From NCBI GenBank assembly GCA_040905565.1, contig JBBDRF010000078.1, forward strand, positions 10,106 through 74,105: a DNA stretch of 64,000 nucleotides, in the 5' to 3' direction. Source of the DNA: Phycisphaeraceae bacterium (lineage in GTDB: Bacteria; Planctomycetota; Phycisphaerae; Phycisphaerales; Zrk34). Below are positions 8,959-20,600 of this stretch, in pieces (position 1 is the stretch's first letter; each line of letters begins with the position of its first letter). The notes beneath the pieces were generated by a model that was given only the letters and a program-made list of their open reading frames with translations, was not told the origin of the DNA and did no database searches. The translations under genes were made by a program, and so were the position numbers.

Positions 8959-10173
8959 TCAGACGCCCGTCGTCTGCTTCAGCGCGATTTTGGAGAGGGC
9001 TTGGGCGGCGTGGCGGACGTCTTCGGGCGTGGTGAAGGGGCCGAAGGAGAGGCGGGTCGTGCCTCCGGTTTTGTCGGTGCCGATGGTGGCGTGCGCGCGC
9101 GGGGCGCAGTGGAGGCCGGCTCGAGTGAGAACGTTGTGTGTGCGCTCCAGCTCGTCGGCGAGCTGATCGGGGGCGAGGCCGTCGAGCGTGAAAGAGAAGA
9201 CGCCACAACGGTTTGCGCGCGTCTTCGGGCCGTGCAAAGTAAGCCCCGGGGTGTCCGATTCGGCCAGTGCAGCGAGGAACGTATCGATCAGCTCAAATTC
9301 ATGTTTTGCGACATTATCGACCGTTTGATCGAGGATGTACGCCACCCCCTGCGAGAGGCCCACCAGGCCGGTCGTGTTGTGCGAACCCGGCTCGAATCGG
9401 TCGGGCATGAACTCCGGCTGCGTGTCACTTTCCGAGACCGAACCCGTGCCTCCCTCGCGCAGCGTGCGAAGCGACTTCTCGATCTCGGGACGGATGTAGA
9501 GCAAGCCTGTGCCGAGTGGACCGAGCAATCCCTTATGACCCGGGGCAGCGAGCAGATCGATGTGGTCGGCTTGCACGTCCAGCGGCAGGTGGCCAAGCGT
9601 CTGGGCCGCATCGACGAGGAACAGCAAGTCGTGCTCACGGGCGATCTTGCCGATCTCGCGCATGTCCTGCACGGTGCCGGTGACGTTGGAGCCGTGGTGC
9701 GTGGCGATCAGCTTCGTCTTCGGCGTGATGGCGCGCCGGAGGGCGTCGAGGTCGGCCAGGCCCGTGGCTGGATCGCACGCAATGCGCGTTTGCGTGATGA
9801 CATTGTCGGAGGCTAACTGGTTGAGCGGCCGGAGGATGGAGTTGTGATCCAGATCCGTCGTGATCACATGATCGCCCGTGCGGAGGGCGCCTTTGATGGC
9901 GATGTTCAGCGCGTCGGAGCAGTTGAGCGTGAAGATGCAATGGTCGGGGCTTGAGCCGTTGATGAGCTGATTCAGGCGTTCGCGCGTCTGCGTGAGCAGC
10001 GAGCCGGCGTACTTGGATTCGGCGTAGGCGCCTCGCCCGGGGGACGCGCCGATCAGCGTCGCGTAGCGGAACATCGCCTCATGCACCGCGGCGGGCTTGG
10101 GGAAGCTGGTCGCGGCGTTATCGAGATAAATACGTCGTGAAACGGCGTTTTGTGGGGTTGGATCAGACATCAT
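8959..10173 (-). CDS. Cysteine desulfurase family protein (PLP, aminotransferase class V)
   Basis: IYLDNAATS, DAAQT, APGHKGL (PLP Lys), RAGLHCAP; exact start uncertain (10170-10182). Confidence 0.9.
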   Translation of the reverse strand: MMSDPTPQNAVSRRIYLDNAATSFPKPAAVHEAMFRYATLIGASPGRGAYAESKYAGSLLTQTRERLNQLINGSSPDHCIFTLNCSDALNIAIKGALRTGDHVITTDLDHNSILRPLNQLASDNVITQTRIACDPATGLADLDALRRAITPKTKLIATHHGSNVTGTVQDMREIGKIAREHDLLFLVDAAQTLGHLPLDVQADHIDLLAAPGHKGLLGPLGTGLLYIRPEIEKSLRTLREGGTGSVSESDTQPEFMPDRFEPGSHNTTGLVGLSQGVAYILDQTVDNVAKHEFELIDTFLAALAESDTPGLTLHGPKTRANRCGVFSFTLDGLAPDQLADELERTHNVLTRAGLHCAPRAHATIGTDKTGGTTRLSFGPFTTPEDVRHAAQALSKIALKQTTGV

Positions 10174-10313
10174 GTGCATCATAACGGCGAGTCGCAGCGA
10201 TGTGGAGCGCGGGGCTGATCGCGGGGTGCGGTCGGACACGACACGTGATGCTTGGTCGGCAGGGGGGCAACCGCTATGATTGGTCTGGGGGTTTTGGGGC
10301 TGTTGGAGAAGTC

Positions 10314-11192
10314 GTGACACCGACGGAAAAGCAGCATCGCGCGAAGCGCCGGCGGGCCGCTGTGAGGCACGCCGTGTTTACCCGCGCGCCGAACCAGTTG
10401 ATGCGCGGGCTGCTGAGTCGGGTGAGGCCGGGCAAGGATTTCTGCCTGAATCGCCGAACGATCCTCCTTGATGATCTGCCCGATGAGCTGTGTGGGCTGA
10501 CGATTACGCACCTGTCGGATCTGCATGTGGGCGAGTTGATGACGCCCGAACACCTGCCGCACATCGTCGAAGCGGTGAACACGATGGGTAGCGATATCGT
10601 CGCGGTGACCGGCGATTTTATCGACTATTCCAACGAATACGTGCCTGCTGTGGTGGAGGCGATGAAGCAGTTGCAGGCTCCGCTGGGCGTGTACCACGTG
10701 CTGGGCAACCATGACTATCTGCACGACGCGAAGCCATTGAAGGATGCGTTCCATGAGGCGGGGCTGAACCTGCTGCTGGATGATGTGGTGACGATCAAAC
10801 ATGAGGACCGCCGGATCGCGATCGGCGGCACCGACTGGGCCCGGGCGGGCAGCACGATCTCCAGGCACGTTCGCAAGACAGCCCGGAAAATGCCGCGGAA
10901 CGATCTGTCGCTTCTACTCGCTCATCATCCGCATTCGTTCGACGCAGCTTGCGCCTGCGGCATCGACCTCACGCTTTCCGGGCACACGCACGGCGGGCAG
11001 TTGCTGCTTTCGAAGAAGCGGGGGGCGAAGGGGTCGATCGGGCTGGCGAACCTCGGCTTCAAGTACACACGCGGCCACTATCGACGGGGCGCGAGTAACC
11101 TGTTCATCTCGTCGGGCGTGGGGTCATGGTTCCCGCTGCGGTTTCGCTGCCCGGCGGAGATCACGGTGCTTGAGCTTCAGAATACGTATTGA
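10314..11192 (+). CDS. Metallophosphoesterase (YkuE/YaeI-like)
   Basis: SDLH, TGD, GNHD, LAHHP, SGHTHGGQ; GTG start with GGAG upstream (ATG at 10248 is the alternative). Confidence 0.88.
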   Translation: MTPTEKQHRAKRRRAAVRHAVFTRAPNQLMRGLLSRVRPGKDFCLNRRTILLDDLPDELCGLTITHLSDLHVGELMTPEHLPHIVEAVNTMGSDIVAVTGDFIDYSNEYVPAVVEAMKQLQAPLGVYHVLGNHDYLHDAKPLKDAFHEAGLNLLLDDVVTIKHEDRRIAIGGTDWARAGSTISRHVRKTARKMPRNDLSLLLAHHPHSFDAACACGIDLTLSGHTHGGQLLLSKKRGAKGSIGLANLGFKYTRGHYRRGASNLFISSGVGSWFPLRFRCPAEITVLELQNTY

Positions 11193-11260
11193 GATGCGTG
11201 CCGGGTTACGGGCGCGATGTCGCTGGGGGAAGTGGGGGGGTGGCGATTTTTGATCGCCCG

Positions 11261-13996
11261 CTAACTGCTGCCCCATTGGCGTTTTCGTTTTAGGACGTGG
11301 TAGCGGTTGCGTAGTTCGAGCAGTGCGGGGAGGACGGTGAGGCATGCGAGGAGTGTCATGGCGACACCGACGGCGATGACGAAGCCGAGGCCTCGGATGC
11401 CGCGGTGGGAGGCGAGCATGAGCGAGGCGAAGGCGATGATCGTGGTGAGGTTGGTGAGCACGATGCCCTTGCCCGTGCCGGCGCTGAGGCCGAGCGGCCT
11501 GGCGTAACGGCTCTGCTGATAGCGGTGGAGGATGTGGACACCGCTGGCGACGCCGATGCCGAAGAGCAGGGGCAGCGCGATGATGTTGGCGGGGTTGATG
11601 GTGACGCCGGCGGCGTACATGGCGCCGAACATCATCACGAACCCGAGTGTGACGGGCACCATGCAGAGCAGGGCGTCGAGGGGCTTGAGGAAATCGAGGT
11701 AGACCAGCAGCAGGACGACGACGAAGGCGAGGATGCCGACGAACAGGTAGCTGTTGCGGATGAGTCGGCCTGATTCGTAGATCTGGATGGGGACGCCGGT
11801 GACGTTCGGGTCGATCTGGCGTAAGGCGTCGACGAAGTCCTGCATGTGCTGTTGTTCCCAGACGTCTTGCTTGGGGAACAGTTCGATGACGTATTGAGTG
11901 GGCTCGGTTTTGCTGACGGATCGGCGGAGGACGTAGGCGGGCAGATCGTCGACGGCGAGGGGGCGGGGCGAGATGGCGTCGGCGGTCATCTGGCGGATGG
12001 TGGCCTGCGTGGCGGCGAAGAAGCCGTTGAGCGCGGTGAGGCGTGCGTCGGCCTCGGCGGTGAAGTCGGGCTGATTCATGACATCGAGCGCGCGGCGTGT
12101 GGCGGCGGAGAGGGTGGTCAGCGCGGCGTGGATGATGGGCTGCTCACGCACCTCGCGGCGGCCCGAGCCGATGGCGGTGCCGACGGCGAGGGCGTTGAGC
12201 TGACGGAAGAGTTGGTCGGGCGTGGTCCCGGTAAGCGCGTCTGAAGTGTTGCGTGTGAGCGATTCGCCGAGGTCTTCGCGGACGTCGGCGGCGAGGGCAT
12301 GTTTGGCCGTGGCATCGAGCGGAAAGAGCATCCCGATGCCGCCGACGCTGTTGATGACCGGCAGCTGGCGGAAAGCTTCGGTGCGGGCGCGGGCTTCGTC
12401 GAGATTGTCGGTGATGGAGACGGCGGACCAGACGGCTTCGCTGCTGTGATCCATCACGACCTGCTGCCAGTGGACGGATTCGAGGTTCTCGGGGTAGAGG
12501 TCCATCAGGTTGTTGTCGTAGCCGACTTCGGAGGCGACGGCCGCGGCAAGCAGTACGGGAACGGCGGCGAGGCAGAGGGTCAGGCCGGGCCTGCGGACGA
12601 CGGGCATGAGCCATCCCTGGGCGTGCATATCCACGGTGCGGACATCGGCGGCGGCGACATCGCGATGGCCTGCGTGAAGGAGCACGAGCAGCGCGGGGAG
12701 GACGCTGAGCATGGCGATCATGCACAGCAGCACGCCGAGCCCGGCGATGAGGCCCATCTCGGCCATGCCCTGGAAGTCGGTCAGCAGCGTGACGCCGAAT
12801 GCCACGGCGGTGGTGACGGCTCCGGTGAGGATGCCCGGGCCGGTATGCTGGACGGTGTTGAGGACGGCCTGGCGTGCGCCGGCGCGGTCGTCACTGAAGC
12901 GATGACGGACGAGTTCGAATCGGCTGACGAGGTGGATGCCGAAGTCGATCCCGAGGCCGAGGAGGATGACGGTGAAGAAGACGGACAGCAGCTGGAGATG
13001 GCCGATGAACAGCGTGAGCGCGCCGAAGCTCCACGCGACGCCGACGGCGAGGGAGATGACCATGAGCAGGGGCGCACGCCAACCGTGGAAGGCGACGAGC
13101 AGGAGGACGACGATGGCGATGACCGCGACGATGGAGGCGAGGGTGGAATCTTTGACGAGGACGGCCGCTTCGTCGGCTTCGAGGACGGGGATGCCTGTGA
13201 GGCCGGCGTCGATGTGGGGCATCTCGGCGCGGGCGGCGGCGATGTGGCCCCGCACCGCAGCGACGGCCTGCTCGTAGGGATCAAGTTCCTCAAGCTGACC
13301 GCGTGCTTCGATCTGGACGAACATGAGGGCGCCGTCGCCGCTTTCGAGGTACTGCCAGCGGTCGGCTTCGGGCAGCAGAAGCTGGTCGATCTCCGCTTCG
13401 CTGAGCTGCCCGAGCAGGCCTTGCTCGATCATTTCGACGAGCTGGGTGAGCTGATCGATCTGGGCGACGGCCTGCTCGGGCGTGATCGCTTCAGCATCCT
13501 CGGCATCGGCGAGGGAAGAGGTGGCGCGGGCGAGTAGATCGCTGACGCTGGTGGCCTGGAGCAGGAGCTGGGACTGCTTTAACTGTTCAAGCCGCGTTTC
13601 GAAGTCCTCGAGAGGAAGCAGACGCATGAGCTTGGGCGTGGCTTCGATGCGGTGCCAGACGCGGTCGACGTGGTCGGTATCGGATTCGAGACGGCTGGCG
13701 AGTTGATCGACGAAGGCTTTGGCGCGGGCGGGGCCTGCTTCGCTGGGCGGCACGCGGACGACGGCGATGAGTTCATTGTGACCGGCGAAACGGTCGGCGT
13801 AAGCCATGTACCGCTGATTCCAGTCGAGCGAGTCGCTGAGCAGATCGTTGCGGTTGGACTGGAAGGTGAGCGAGCCGGCGGTGAGGGCGACGGACGCGAT
13901 CGCCATAAGTATCGTGATCGCGAGCACCTTGATCGGATGCTCGCAGACCACGGTGGCCCATCGTTGTAGTAGCACCCGTCGTGCGGCGTTGAACAT
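11261..13996 (-). CDS. MMPL/RND family transporter, HpnN (hopanoid-associated)-like
   Basis: Two TM halves with GLGIDFGIH and GIGVASGVH, large periplasmic loops. Confidence 0.85.
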   Translation of the reverse strand: MFNAARRVLLQRWATVVCEHPIKVLAITILMAIASVALTAGSLTFQSNRNDLLSDSLDWNQRYMAYADRFAGHNELIAVVRVPPSEAGPARAKAFVDQLASRLESDTDHVDRVWHRIEATPKLMRLLPLEDFETRLEQLKQSQLLLQATSVSDLLARATSSLADAEDAEAITPEQAVAQIDQLTQLVEMIEQGLLGQLSEAEIDQLLLPEADRWQYLESGDGALMFVQIEARGQLEELDPYEQAVAAVRGHIAAARAEMPHIDAGLTGIPVLEADEAAVLVKDSTLASIVAVIAIVVLLLVAFHGWRAPLLMVISLAVGVAWSFGALTLFIGHLQLLSVFFTVILLGLGIDFGIHLVSRFELVRHRFSDDRAGARQAVLNTVQHTGPGILTGAVTTAVAFGVTLLTDFQGMAEMGLIAGLGVLLCMIAMLSVLPALLVLLHAGHRDVAAADVRTVDMHAQGWLMPVVRRPGLTLCLAAVPVLLAAAVASEVGYDNNLMDLYPENLESVHWQQVVMDHSSEAVWSAVSITDNLDEARARTEAFRQLPVINSVGGIGMLFPLDATAKHALAADVREDLGESLTRNTSDALTGTTPDQLFRQLNALAVGTAIGSGRREVREQPIIHAALTTLSAATRRALDVMNQPDFTAEADARLTALNGFFAATQATIRQMTADAISPRPLAVDDLPAYVLRRSVSKTEPTQYVIELFPKQDVWEQQHMQDFVDALRQIDPNVTGVPIQIYESGRLIRNSYLFVGILAFVVVLLLVYLDFLKPLDALLCMVPVTLGFVMMFGAMYAAGVTINPANIIALPLLFGIGVASGVHILHRYQQSRYARPLGLSAGTGKGIVLTNLTTIIAFASLMLASHRGIRGLGFVIAVGVAMTLLACLTVLPALLELRNRYHVLKRKRQWGSS

Positions 13997-14175
13997 GAGG
14001 GGGAGATTCCTTTTGGGGGGGCGGCTGCGTATCTGACTCGACCGGCACGATCGCGTCAACCGGAGCGGTGATTCGGGAGGGGCCGCTGACGGCGTGCGGT
14101 GATGTGCTATGATATTTGCTCGGCCGCGCGGCCGGGATGTGATGAGTTAACTCGCTAGAGGATTGTTGAGGCGTC

Positions 14176-15654
14176 ATGCTTGATTCGCTGAGTGATAGAT
14201 TTTCAGGGGTGTTCCGCAAGCTTTCGGGCCGGGGCAAGATCACGGAGGAGAACATCCGTGAGGCGATGCATGAGGTGCGCGTGGCGCTGCTGGAGGCGGA
14301 CGTTCATTACGACGTCGCCAACGATTTTGTCGACAGCGTGGTGGACAAGGCGATCGGTCAGGAAGTGCTGACGTCGCTGCGGCCGAGCCAGCAGATGATC
14401 AAGATCGTGCATGATGAGCTGGTCGATCTGATGGGGCCGGTCGATACGCACATCATGTACGTGCAGCCGGGGCCGACGGTGTTGATGATGTGCGGGCTTC
14501 AAGGCTCGGGCAAGACGACAACCTGCGGCAAGCTGGCGGCCTACCTGAAAAAGAAGGGCAAGAACGTGATGCTGGCCGCGGCGGACCTTCAGCGCCCCGC
14601 GGCGGTGGAGCAGCTTCGCACGCTGACCGATCAGGTGAACGAGGAAGTCGGCGGCGGTGGGGCGGTCCACTTCTACGGCGAACCGGAACGCGTGGCGGAG
14701 TACGGCAAAGCGGTGGGCGCGGCGGTGAAGGTGTGCCGAAATGCTGTGAAGGCGGGCAAGAAGTCCGGCATGGACGTGGTGATTCTCGACACGGCCGGCC
14801 GACTGCATGTCAACGATGCGCTGATGGACGAACTGCGGCAGGTGCATCGGGCCGTGACGCCTCACCAGATCTACCTGGTGATCGATGCGATGACCGGGCA
14901 GGACGCGGTGAACAGTGCGAAAGCCTTCAACGAACAGCTCGAACTCGACGGCGTGGTGCTGACAAAGACCGATTCGGACACGCGCGGCGGGGCGGCGCTC
15001 AGCGTGAAGCAGGTGACGGGCAAGCCGATCAAGTTCGTCGGCACGGGCGAGAAGCTCGACGGGCTGGAGGAGTTTCACCCGGATCGCATGGCCAGTCGCA
15101 TCCTCGGCATGGGTGATGTGGTTTCACTCGTGGAGAAGGCGCAGGAGCAGGTCAGCGAGGAGGAGGCGGAGCGGCTGCAGGAGAAGATGGCGGCTGGGAA
15201 GATGACGATGGACGACTTCCTGGGGCAGCTGCGGTCGATCCGCAAGATGGGTTCGATGAAGATGCTGCTGGGCATGCTGCCGGGCGTGGGCAAGCAGCTT
15301 AAGGATCTGGATCTGGATGATCGCGAGCTTGACCGCACCGAGGCGCTGATTCAGTCGATGACCAAAGTTGAGCGGGCCGATGCCGATGTGCTGACGCAAA
15401 GCCGACGCAGGCGGATTGCGCGCGGCTCGGGGGCGAAGCCTGAGGATGTGGGGCGGCTGGTCAAGAGCTTTTCGATGGTGCAGGGGATGACCAAGAAGAT
15501 GTCGGGGATGAACCCGATGCAGCGCATGCGCGCGATGGGCGGCATGGGCAAAGGCGCCGAGGCGGGGGCCGGCGGCATGGGGGGCATGGGCGGGCTGAAG
15601 ACCAAGCAACGCTCGAAGCGGAAGCGGAAGGATCGCAAGAAGAAAAGCCGGTGA
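14176..15654 (+). CDS. ffh: Signal recognition particle protein
   Basis: GLQGSGKTTT, DTAGR, DAMTGQDA, RILGMGD, Met-rich M domain; extended -10 TGcTATGAT at 14105-14113. Confidence 0.97.
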   Translation: MLDSLSDRFSGVFRKLSGRGKITEENIREAMHEVRVALLEADVHYDVANDFVDSVVDKAIGQEVLTSLRPSQQMIKIVHDELVDLMGPVDTHIMYVQPGPTVLMMCGLQGSGKTTTCGKLAAYLKKKGKNVMLAAADLQRPAAVEQLRTLTDQVNEEVGGGGAVHFYGEPERVAEYGKAVGAAVKVCRNAVKAGKKSGMDVVILDTAGRLHVNDALMDELRQVHRAVTPHQIYLVIDAMTGQDAVNSAKAFNEQLELDGVVLTKTDSDTRGGAALSVKQVTGKPIKFVGTGEKLDGLEEFHPDRMASRILGMGDVVSLVEKAQEQVSEEEAERLQEKMAAGKMTMDDFLGQLRSIRKMGSMKMLLGMLPGVGKQLKDLDLDDRELDRTEALIQSMTKVERADADVLTQSRRRRIARGSGAKPEDVGRLVKSFSMVQGMTKKMSGMNPMQRMRAMGGMGKGAEAGAGGMGGMGGLKTKQRSKRKRKDRKKKSR

Positions 15655-15704
15655 AACGCGCCGACGTCCGCAGGTCCTCTCGATCTCTGTTACGGAAGTA
15701 AACG

Positions 15705-17477
15705 ATGAACGAACCGGCGAAGCGGAGTCTGTCGAGTCGAGGCGGGGTGACGCTGGCGATCGTGGTGGTAAGCCTGGTCGCGGCGCTATTGGTGGGGAAT
15801 CTTTCGGAGCCGACGTGGACGACGCAGGCGGTGCCGCTGGATGTGCAGGAGGATGAGGCGGGGGAGGCGTACGTCGGGGCTGACGATGAGCGGGAGTATC
15901 TGGATGAGGTGGTGGCGTGGGAGGAATCGGCATTGCATCCGGATCGGCTCGCGGCCGAGATGGCGGAGGGCGAGGAGCCGGCGCAAAGCGAGCAGGTGGT
16001 GGTGCGGCAGGAGCAGGTGGGCGGTGAAACAGTCGACCGATACTACCGGCTGACGGCGATGCGGCATCTGGGGCTTTGGTCACTGTTGCCGGCTGCGGTG
16101 GCGATCGTGCTTTGCCTGATGACGCGGGAGCCGTTGACGAGCCTGGCGGGGGCGATCGTGGTCGGGGCGCTGATGCTTGGGCAATACGATCTGACGGGCG
16201 TGCTGGTCGAACGGCTGGGCACGCCGAGTGCCGCCGGGATTCTCGTGCTCTATCTATGGTTACTCGGCGGGCTGCTGGGGATCTGGTCGCGCACCGGGGC
16301 AGCGCAGGCTTTTGCGGAAATGATGACGGCGAAATTCGTCCGCGGCCCGAGGACGGCGAAGCTCTCCGCGTGGTTACTCGGCGTGCTGTTCTTCCAGGGC
16401 GGCACGATGAGCACCGTGCTGGTGGGCACGTCGGTCAAGCCGATTTCGGACAAGGAACGCATCAGCCACGAGGAGCTTTCTTACATCGTGGATTCGACCG
16501 CTTCGCCGATCGCTTCGGTGCTGGCGTTCAATGCGTGGCCGGCCTACGTGGCGGGCTTCCTGTTCGTGCCCGGCGTGGCATTCCTGGCGACGGATGCCGA
16601 CCGGCTGGCGTTCTTCTTCGCGAGCGTGCCGCTGAGTTTCTACGGCATATTCGCGGTACTGGGCACGTTCCTGCTGTGCATGGACAAAGCGCCGATCCTC
16701 GGCAGCCAGTTCCGCCGGGCGATCAAACGGGCGCGCGAGACGGGGGAACTTGACGCTCACGACGCTTCGCCGCTGAGCAGTAAAGAGCTTGAGAAGCCGA
16801 AGGTGCCCGAGGGGTATCGGCCGAATGTGGCGGACTTCTTCGTGCCGTTGCTGGCGTTGATCGGCATCGCGATCGGCACGTTCATGGTGATGGGTTCGCC
16901 CCAGGTGCTGTGGGCGTTCGGCTCGGCGGTGGTCATCGCGGGGGTGATGGCGCTGGCGCGGGGCATGTCGCTGGCGAATGTGATGGACGGCTTCGGCGAA
17001 GGACTCAAGGGCGTGGTCTACGCCTCGGTCATCCTGATGCTGGCGATCACGATCGGCATGGTCAGCGAGCAGACCGGCGGGGGCATCTACCTCGTCGACC
17101 TGCTCGGCGAGCGGATTCCGCCCGTCCTGCTGCCGCTGGCGCTGCTGGGGCTGAGCGTGATCATCGCCTTCTCCACCGGCACGAGTTTCGGCACCTATGC
17201 CGTGGCGTTTCCGCTGGTGATGCCGCTGGCCTGGGCGGTGGCGACTTCGGCCGAGCTGGCCAATCCCGAACTGTTCATGATGATCTGTTTCGCCACCGTG
17301 CTCAACGGCGCAGTCTACGGCGACCAGTGCTCGCCCATCTCCGACACGACCATCCTCAGCTCAATGACCAGCGGTGCGGACCTGATGGACCACGTGAAAA
17401 CACAGATCATTCCCGCAACCGCAGCCGTCACCCTGGCGGCGATTCTCTGGACGGCGATGGTGGTCGTGCTGGTGTGA
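15705..17477 (+). CDS. Na+/H+ antiporter NhaC family protein
   Basis: [38 protein letters not shown] motifs. Confidence 0.88.
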   Translation: MNEPAKRSLSSRGGVTLAIVVVSLVAALLVGNLSEPTWTTQAVPLDVQEDEAGEAYVGADDEREYLDEVVAWEESALHPDRLAAEMAEGEEPAQSEQVVVRQEQVGGETVDRYYRLTAMRHLGLWSLLPAAVAIVLCLMTREPLTSLAGAIVVGALMLGQYDLTGVLVERLGTPSAAGILVLYLWLLGGLLGIWSRTGAAQAFAEMMTAKFVRGPRTAKLSAWLLGVLFFQGGTMSTVLVGTSVKPISDKERISHEELSYIVDSTASPIASVLAFNAWPAYVAGFLFVPGVAFLATDADRLAFFFASVPLSFYGIFAVLGTFLLCMDKAPILGSQFRRAIKRARETGELDAHDASPLSSKELEKPKVPEGYRPNVADFFVPLLALIGIAIGTFMVMGSPQVLWAFGSAVVIAGVMALARGMSLANVMDGFGEGLKGVVYASVILMLAITIGMVSEQTGGGIYLVDLLGERIPPVLLPLALLGLSVIIAFSTGTSFGTYAVAFPLVMPLAWAVATSAELANPELFMMICFATVLNGAVYGDQCSPISDTTILSSMTSGADLMDHVKTQIIPATAAVTLAAILWTAMVVVLV

Positions 17478-17587
17478 GACTCGACGCCGAGGACGACCGC
17501 ACGTCTCACACATACGTCACAAAAGAGCCGGGCTCTTCACAGCCCGGAAAGTCGCCCTGTACTTCGATCTGTTTTCCACACTTCAGC

Positions 17588-17622
17588 CGGACGGTCGCTT
17601 ACGCTTCCCGCTCGCCAAGGCA
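17588..17622 (-). repeat. Dispersed 35-bp REP-like repeat, copy 3
   Basis: Reverse complement reads tgccttggcgagcgggaagcgtaagcgaccgtccg, 14 bp downstream of the WD40 gene stop. Confidence 0.8.
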
Positions 17623-17636
17623 CGAGGTGGCGGGCC

Positions 17637-20600
17637 TCATGGTAGCAGCTGCGTGTACTGCGTTTGAAGCTGTTCGAACTGCGCTTCAAACTCAGCCAGT
17701 GCGGCGACGGCCTGTTCACGCCGGGTTCGGGCGGCGGTGCGTTCTTCCTCGGCTTCGGTGAGCGCCGCCTCGGCCTCGGCGATGCGTGTCGGCGCTTCCT
17801 CAAGCTTCTGACGCAGGTCGGCGAGCGTGGCACGCGTCGCTTGCAGTGCCTCCGCGGCGGCGGTGTGCTCGGCCTCCTTGGCTGAGGCCTCGGCGGTCGC
17901 GGTCTCGAGCTTCTTACCGGTGGCGGCGACGCTTTCACGAGCGGCGGTCAGGGCGGCCATCGTCTCGGCCAGCGCCATCTCCCGGGCTGCGAGCGCGACG
18001 GCTGCTTCCTCGTGGGCGGTCTGGGCAGTCTGACGCGCGGCTGCCAGTTCGTCCCGCCGTTTCTGATGCGTCTCGACCGAGGCGACGGCTTCGGCCGCGG
18101 ACTGCTGAGCGGCGGCCATCGTTTCGGTCAGCTTCGCGATCGGTGCCTCGGCTGCGACCACTGCCTCTTTGAGCGGCGGCAGGGCAGCTTCGTGCTCGGC
18201 CAGCTCGCCCGCAAGGGCGGTGCGGCGGGCTTCATGCTCAGTGATGCGGCCCGGCAGTGCTTCCTGCTCGGCCTGCAATGCGGCGAGTTCGGCAGCGGCC
18301 GCTTCACGTTTGGTCGCAGCGTCGGCGAAATTCTCCGCGAGCGGCTGCCTGGCGTGCGTCAGTTCCTGCACGCGGGCTTCAAGCGTGTCACGCTCAGCCT
18401 GATGCTGGGCGACGGCTTCTTCATCAACGGGGTCCGCTTCACGGGCGGCGGCGAGGCGGGCGTCGGCTTGATCACGAGCAGCCTTCGCTTCGGTCAGCTT
18501 CTGATCATGGGCCGCGAGCGCGGCCTTGCTTGTTTCGACGGCTTCCGCGAGCGGCTGCATGCTCTGCTGAACCTGCGTAATTTTTTCGGGGAGCGCAGCC
18601 AACGTCTGCCGCGACTGCTCCAGCGTACGCCCCGCTTCGTCACGGCTGGCGCGGGTGGCGGCGACCGCTTGCTGCTTGGCTTGAACGGCCTCGCGTGCGG
18701 CGGCCACCTGCTGCTGTTGCTTTTCAAGCTTGGCGGTTGCTTCGGCGTGCGCGGCCTTCTGGCGCTCGGCCATCGCCCGCGCATCGGCCAAGGCTGGGAG
18801 GGATGCGTCGTAGGCAGTGTTGGCCTTTTCGACCGTGGCGAGAGCCTCGGTGACGGCGGCGGCTGCGGCTTCCTTCTGCTGCGTCTGCTCGGTCGAGGCG
18901 GCTTCGTGAGCGGCAACCTGCTCGGTGTAACGCGCGAGCATCGCTTCGGCCTGCTGCTGAGCTGTGCGAGCTGCGTCGCGTGCGGCGGTGGCTTCCGTGT
19001 TGGCCTGCTCGGCCTCGGCGACGGCGGCCTCGGCGGGGCCGATCTTTTCCTTCAGTGCGTCGGGTTCCGTCCGCAGCTGCGCCAACTGCTGCTCCGCTTG
19101 CTGGTGCGCCTGCTCAGCCTGCTCGAGAACGATCTCCGCGACTTCCTGCTCTTCGGTGTGCGCGTCGAGTTCGTCCTTGGCGTAATAGATTTGAGTGAAG
19201 ACCTTGGCGGCTTCAAGGCGGGCGACCTCACGCTCATGGCCTGCGATCGTGCTGGCGATCTGATCGATCGGCTGATTCTCCTGCTGCACCTGCTCAAGCT
19301 TCTGCGCGAGCGCGGGCAGTTGTTCGGCATCGATCTGGGCGATCTTGGCGTTCAGGTCACGATGCTCGTGGTAGAGGGCCTGGCGATCCTTGATCAGGGC
19401 GAGGTGCTTGGCGTCGAGATCGTTGATCTTGGCGAGGTGTGCCTCGAATGCAGGAGGGTTGCCCCCGTGCTTGAGGGCGGGAGCGGCCAGGCGAGCTTGA
19501 TCGAGTTCTTCCTGAAGCGTGGCGGCGCGTTCGGCGAGGGCATCGTCGGTGCGATCATTTTTGGCCACGTCGGTGGTGAACTGTTCCCGCTGCTCGTTGG
19601 CGGCGTCGATTTCCTGCTGGACCTGAGCGACACGGTCGCGGGCGGCGGCGATGTCGGCGTCGAAGCTGGGATGTTCTTCACGCACGGCGGCGATGGCGGT
19701 GCGCTGCTGGGCGATGCGCTGGTCGATGGTGGGGGGGTTGGGCGAGAGATCGGCGACGTGCTCGCCGCTTTCGATGTCGTAGATGCGGATCTTGCCTGCG
19801 AAGTCGCCGACGATGGCGCGGGTGCCTTCGTGGTTGAAGGCGGACTGGAGGGCGAGGTCGTCGGTGGGGCCGAAGTTGTGCTGTTCGCCGCCTTCGGTGT
19901 TCCAGACTTTGATGCGATTGTCGCGGCCGGTGGTGACGAGCCTGCCGTCGTGCGTGAAGCGGACGTCGGTGACGCCGGGGCCGTGGGCGTTGATGGCGCG
20001 GAGCTGGGTGCCGTTGATCATGTTCCAGATTCGGACGGTGCCGTCTTCGCTGGCGGAAGCGAAGGCGTTGGCGTCGGAGCGCCAGGCGACGGCGGTGATG
20101 GCGCCGCGGTGGCCGTCGAGGGAGTAGAACGGTTTGCCGGTGTGCGCTTCCCAGACGTGGAGGGCGCCGCTGCGGTCGCCGGTGGCGAGCAGGACGTCGT
20201 CGGGGCTGTAGGCGATGGCCTGGACCCAGTCGGTATGCTTTTTGATGTTGTAGGCGTCTTCGCCGGTGGAGGTCTCGAACGCGCGGACGATCTGGCCGGG
20301 CCCGCCGACGGCGATGCGCGCCTGGTCGGCGGTGATGTCGGCGGCGAGGACGGTGTCGTATTCATCGCCGACGCTGGTGACGCGGCGGCCGGTCTCGACA
20401 TCGTAAAGCACGGCGAGGCCGACGCGCGCCCCGTAGCCGCCGCCGACGAGCAGGAACCGACCGTTGCGGCTGAACCGCAGCGACTCGGGCATGCCCTCGG
20501 GGAAGGGGAGGATGCCGAGCAGTTCGGCGGTGTCGGTGTTGTACAGGACGACCTGGCGAAGCGAGCCGACCGCCAGCAGCGGAGCCCAGGGGCTGTGCGC

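Noticed and set aside
13997..14175. SRP (4.5S) RNA next to ffh
   Set aside because: No SRP domain IV motif seen here or in the 58844-59017 hairpin.
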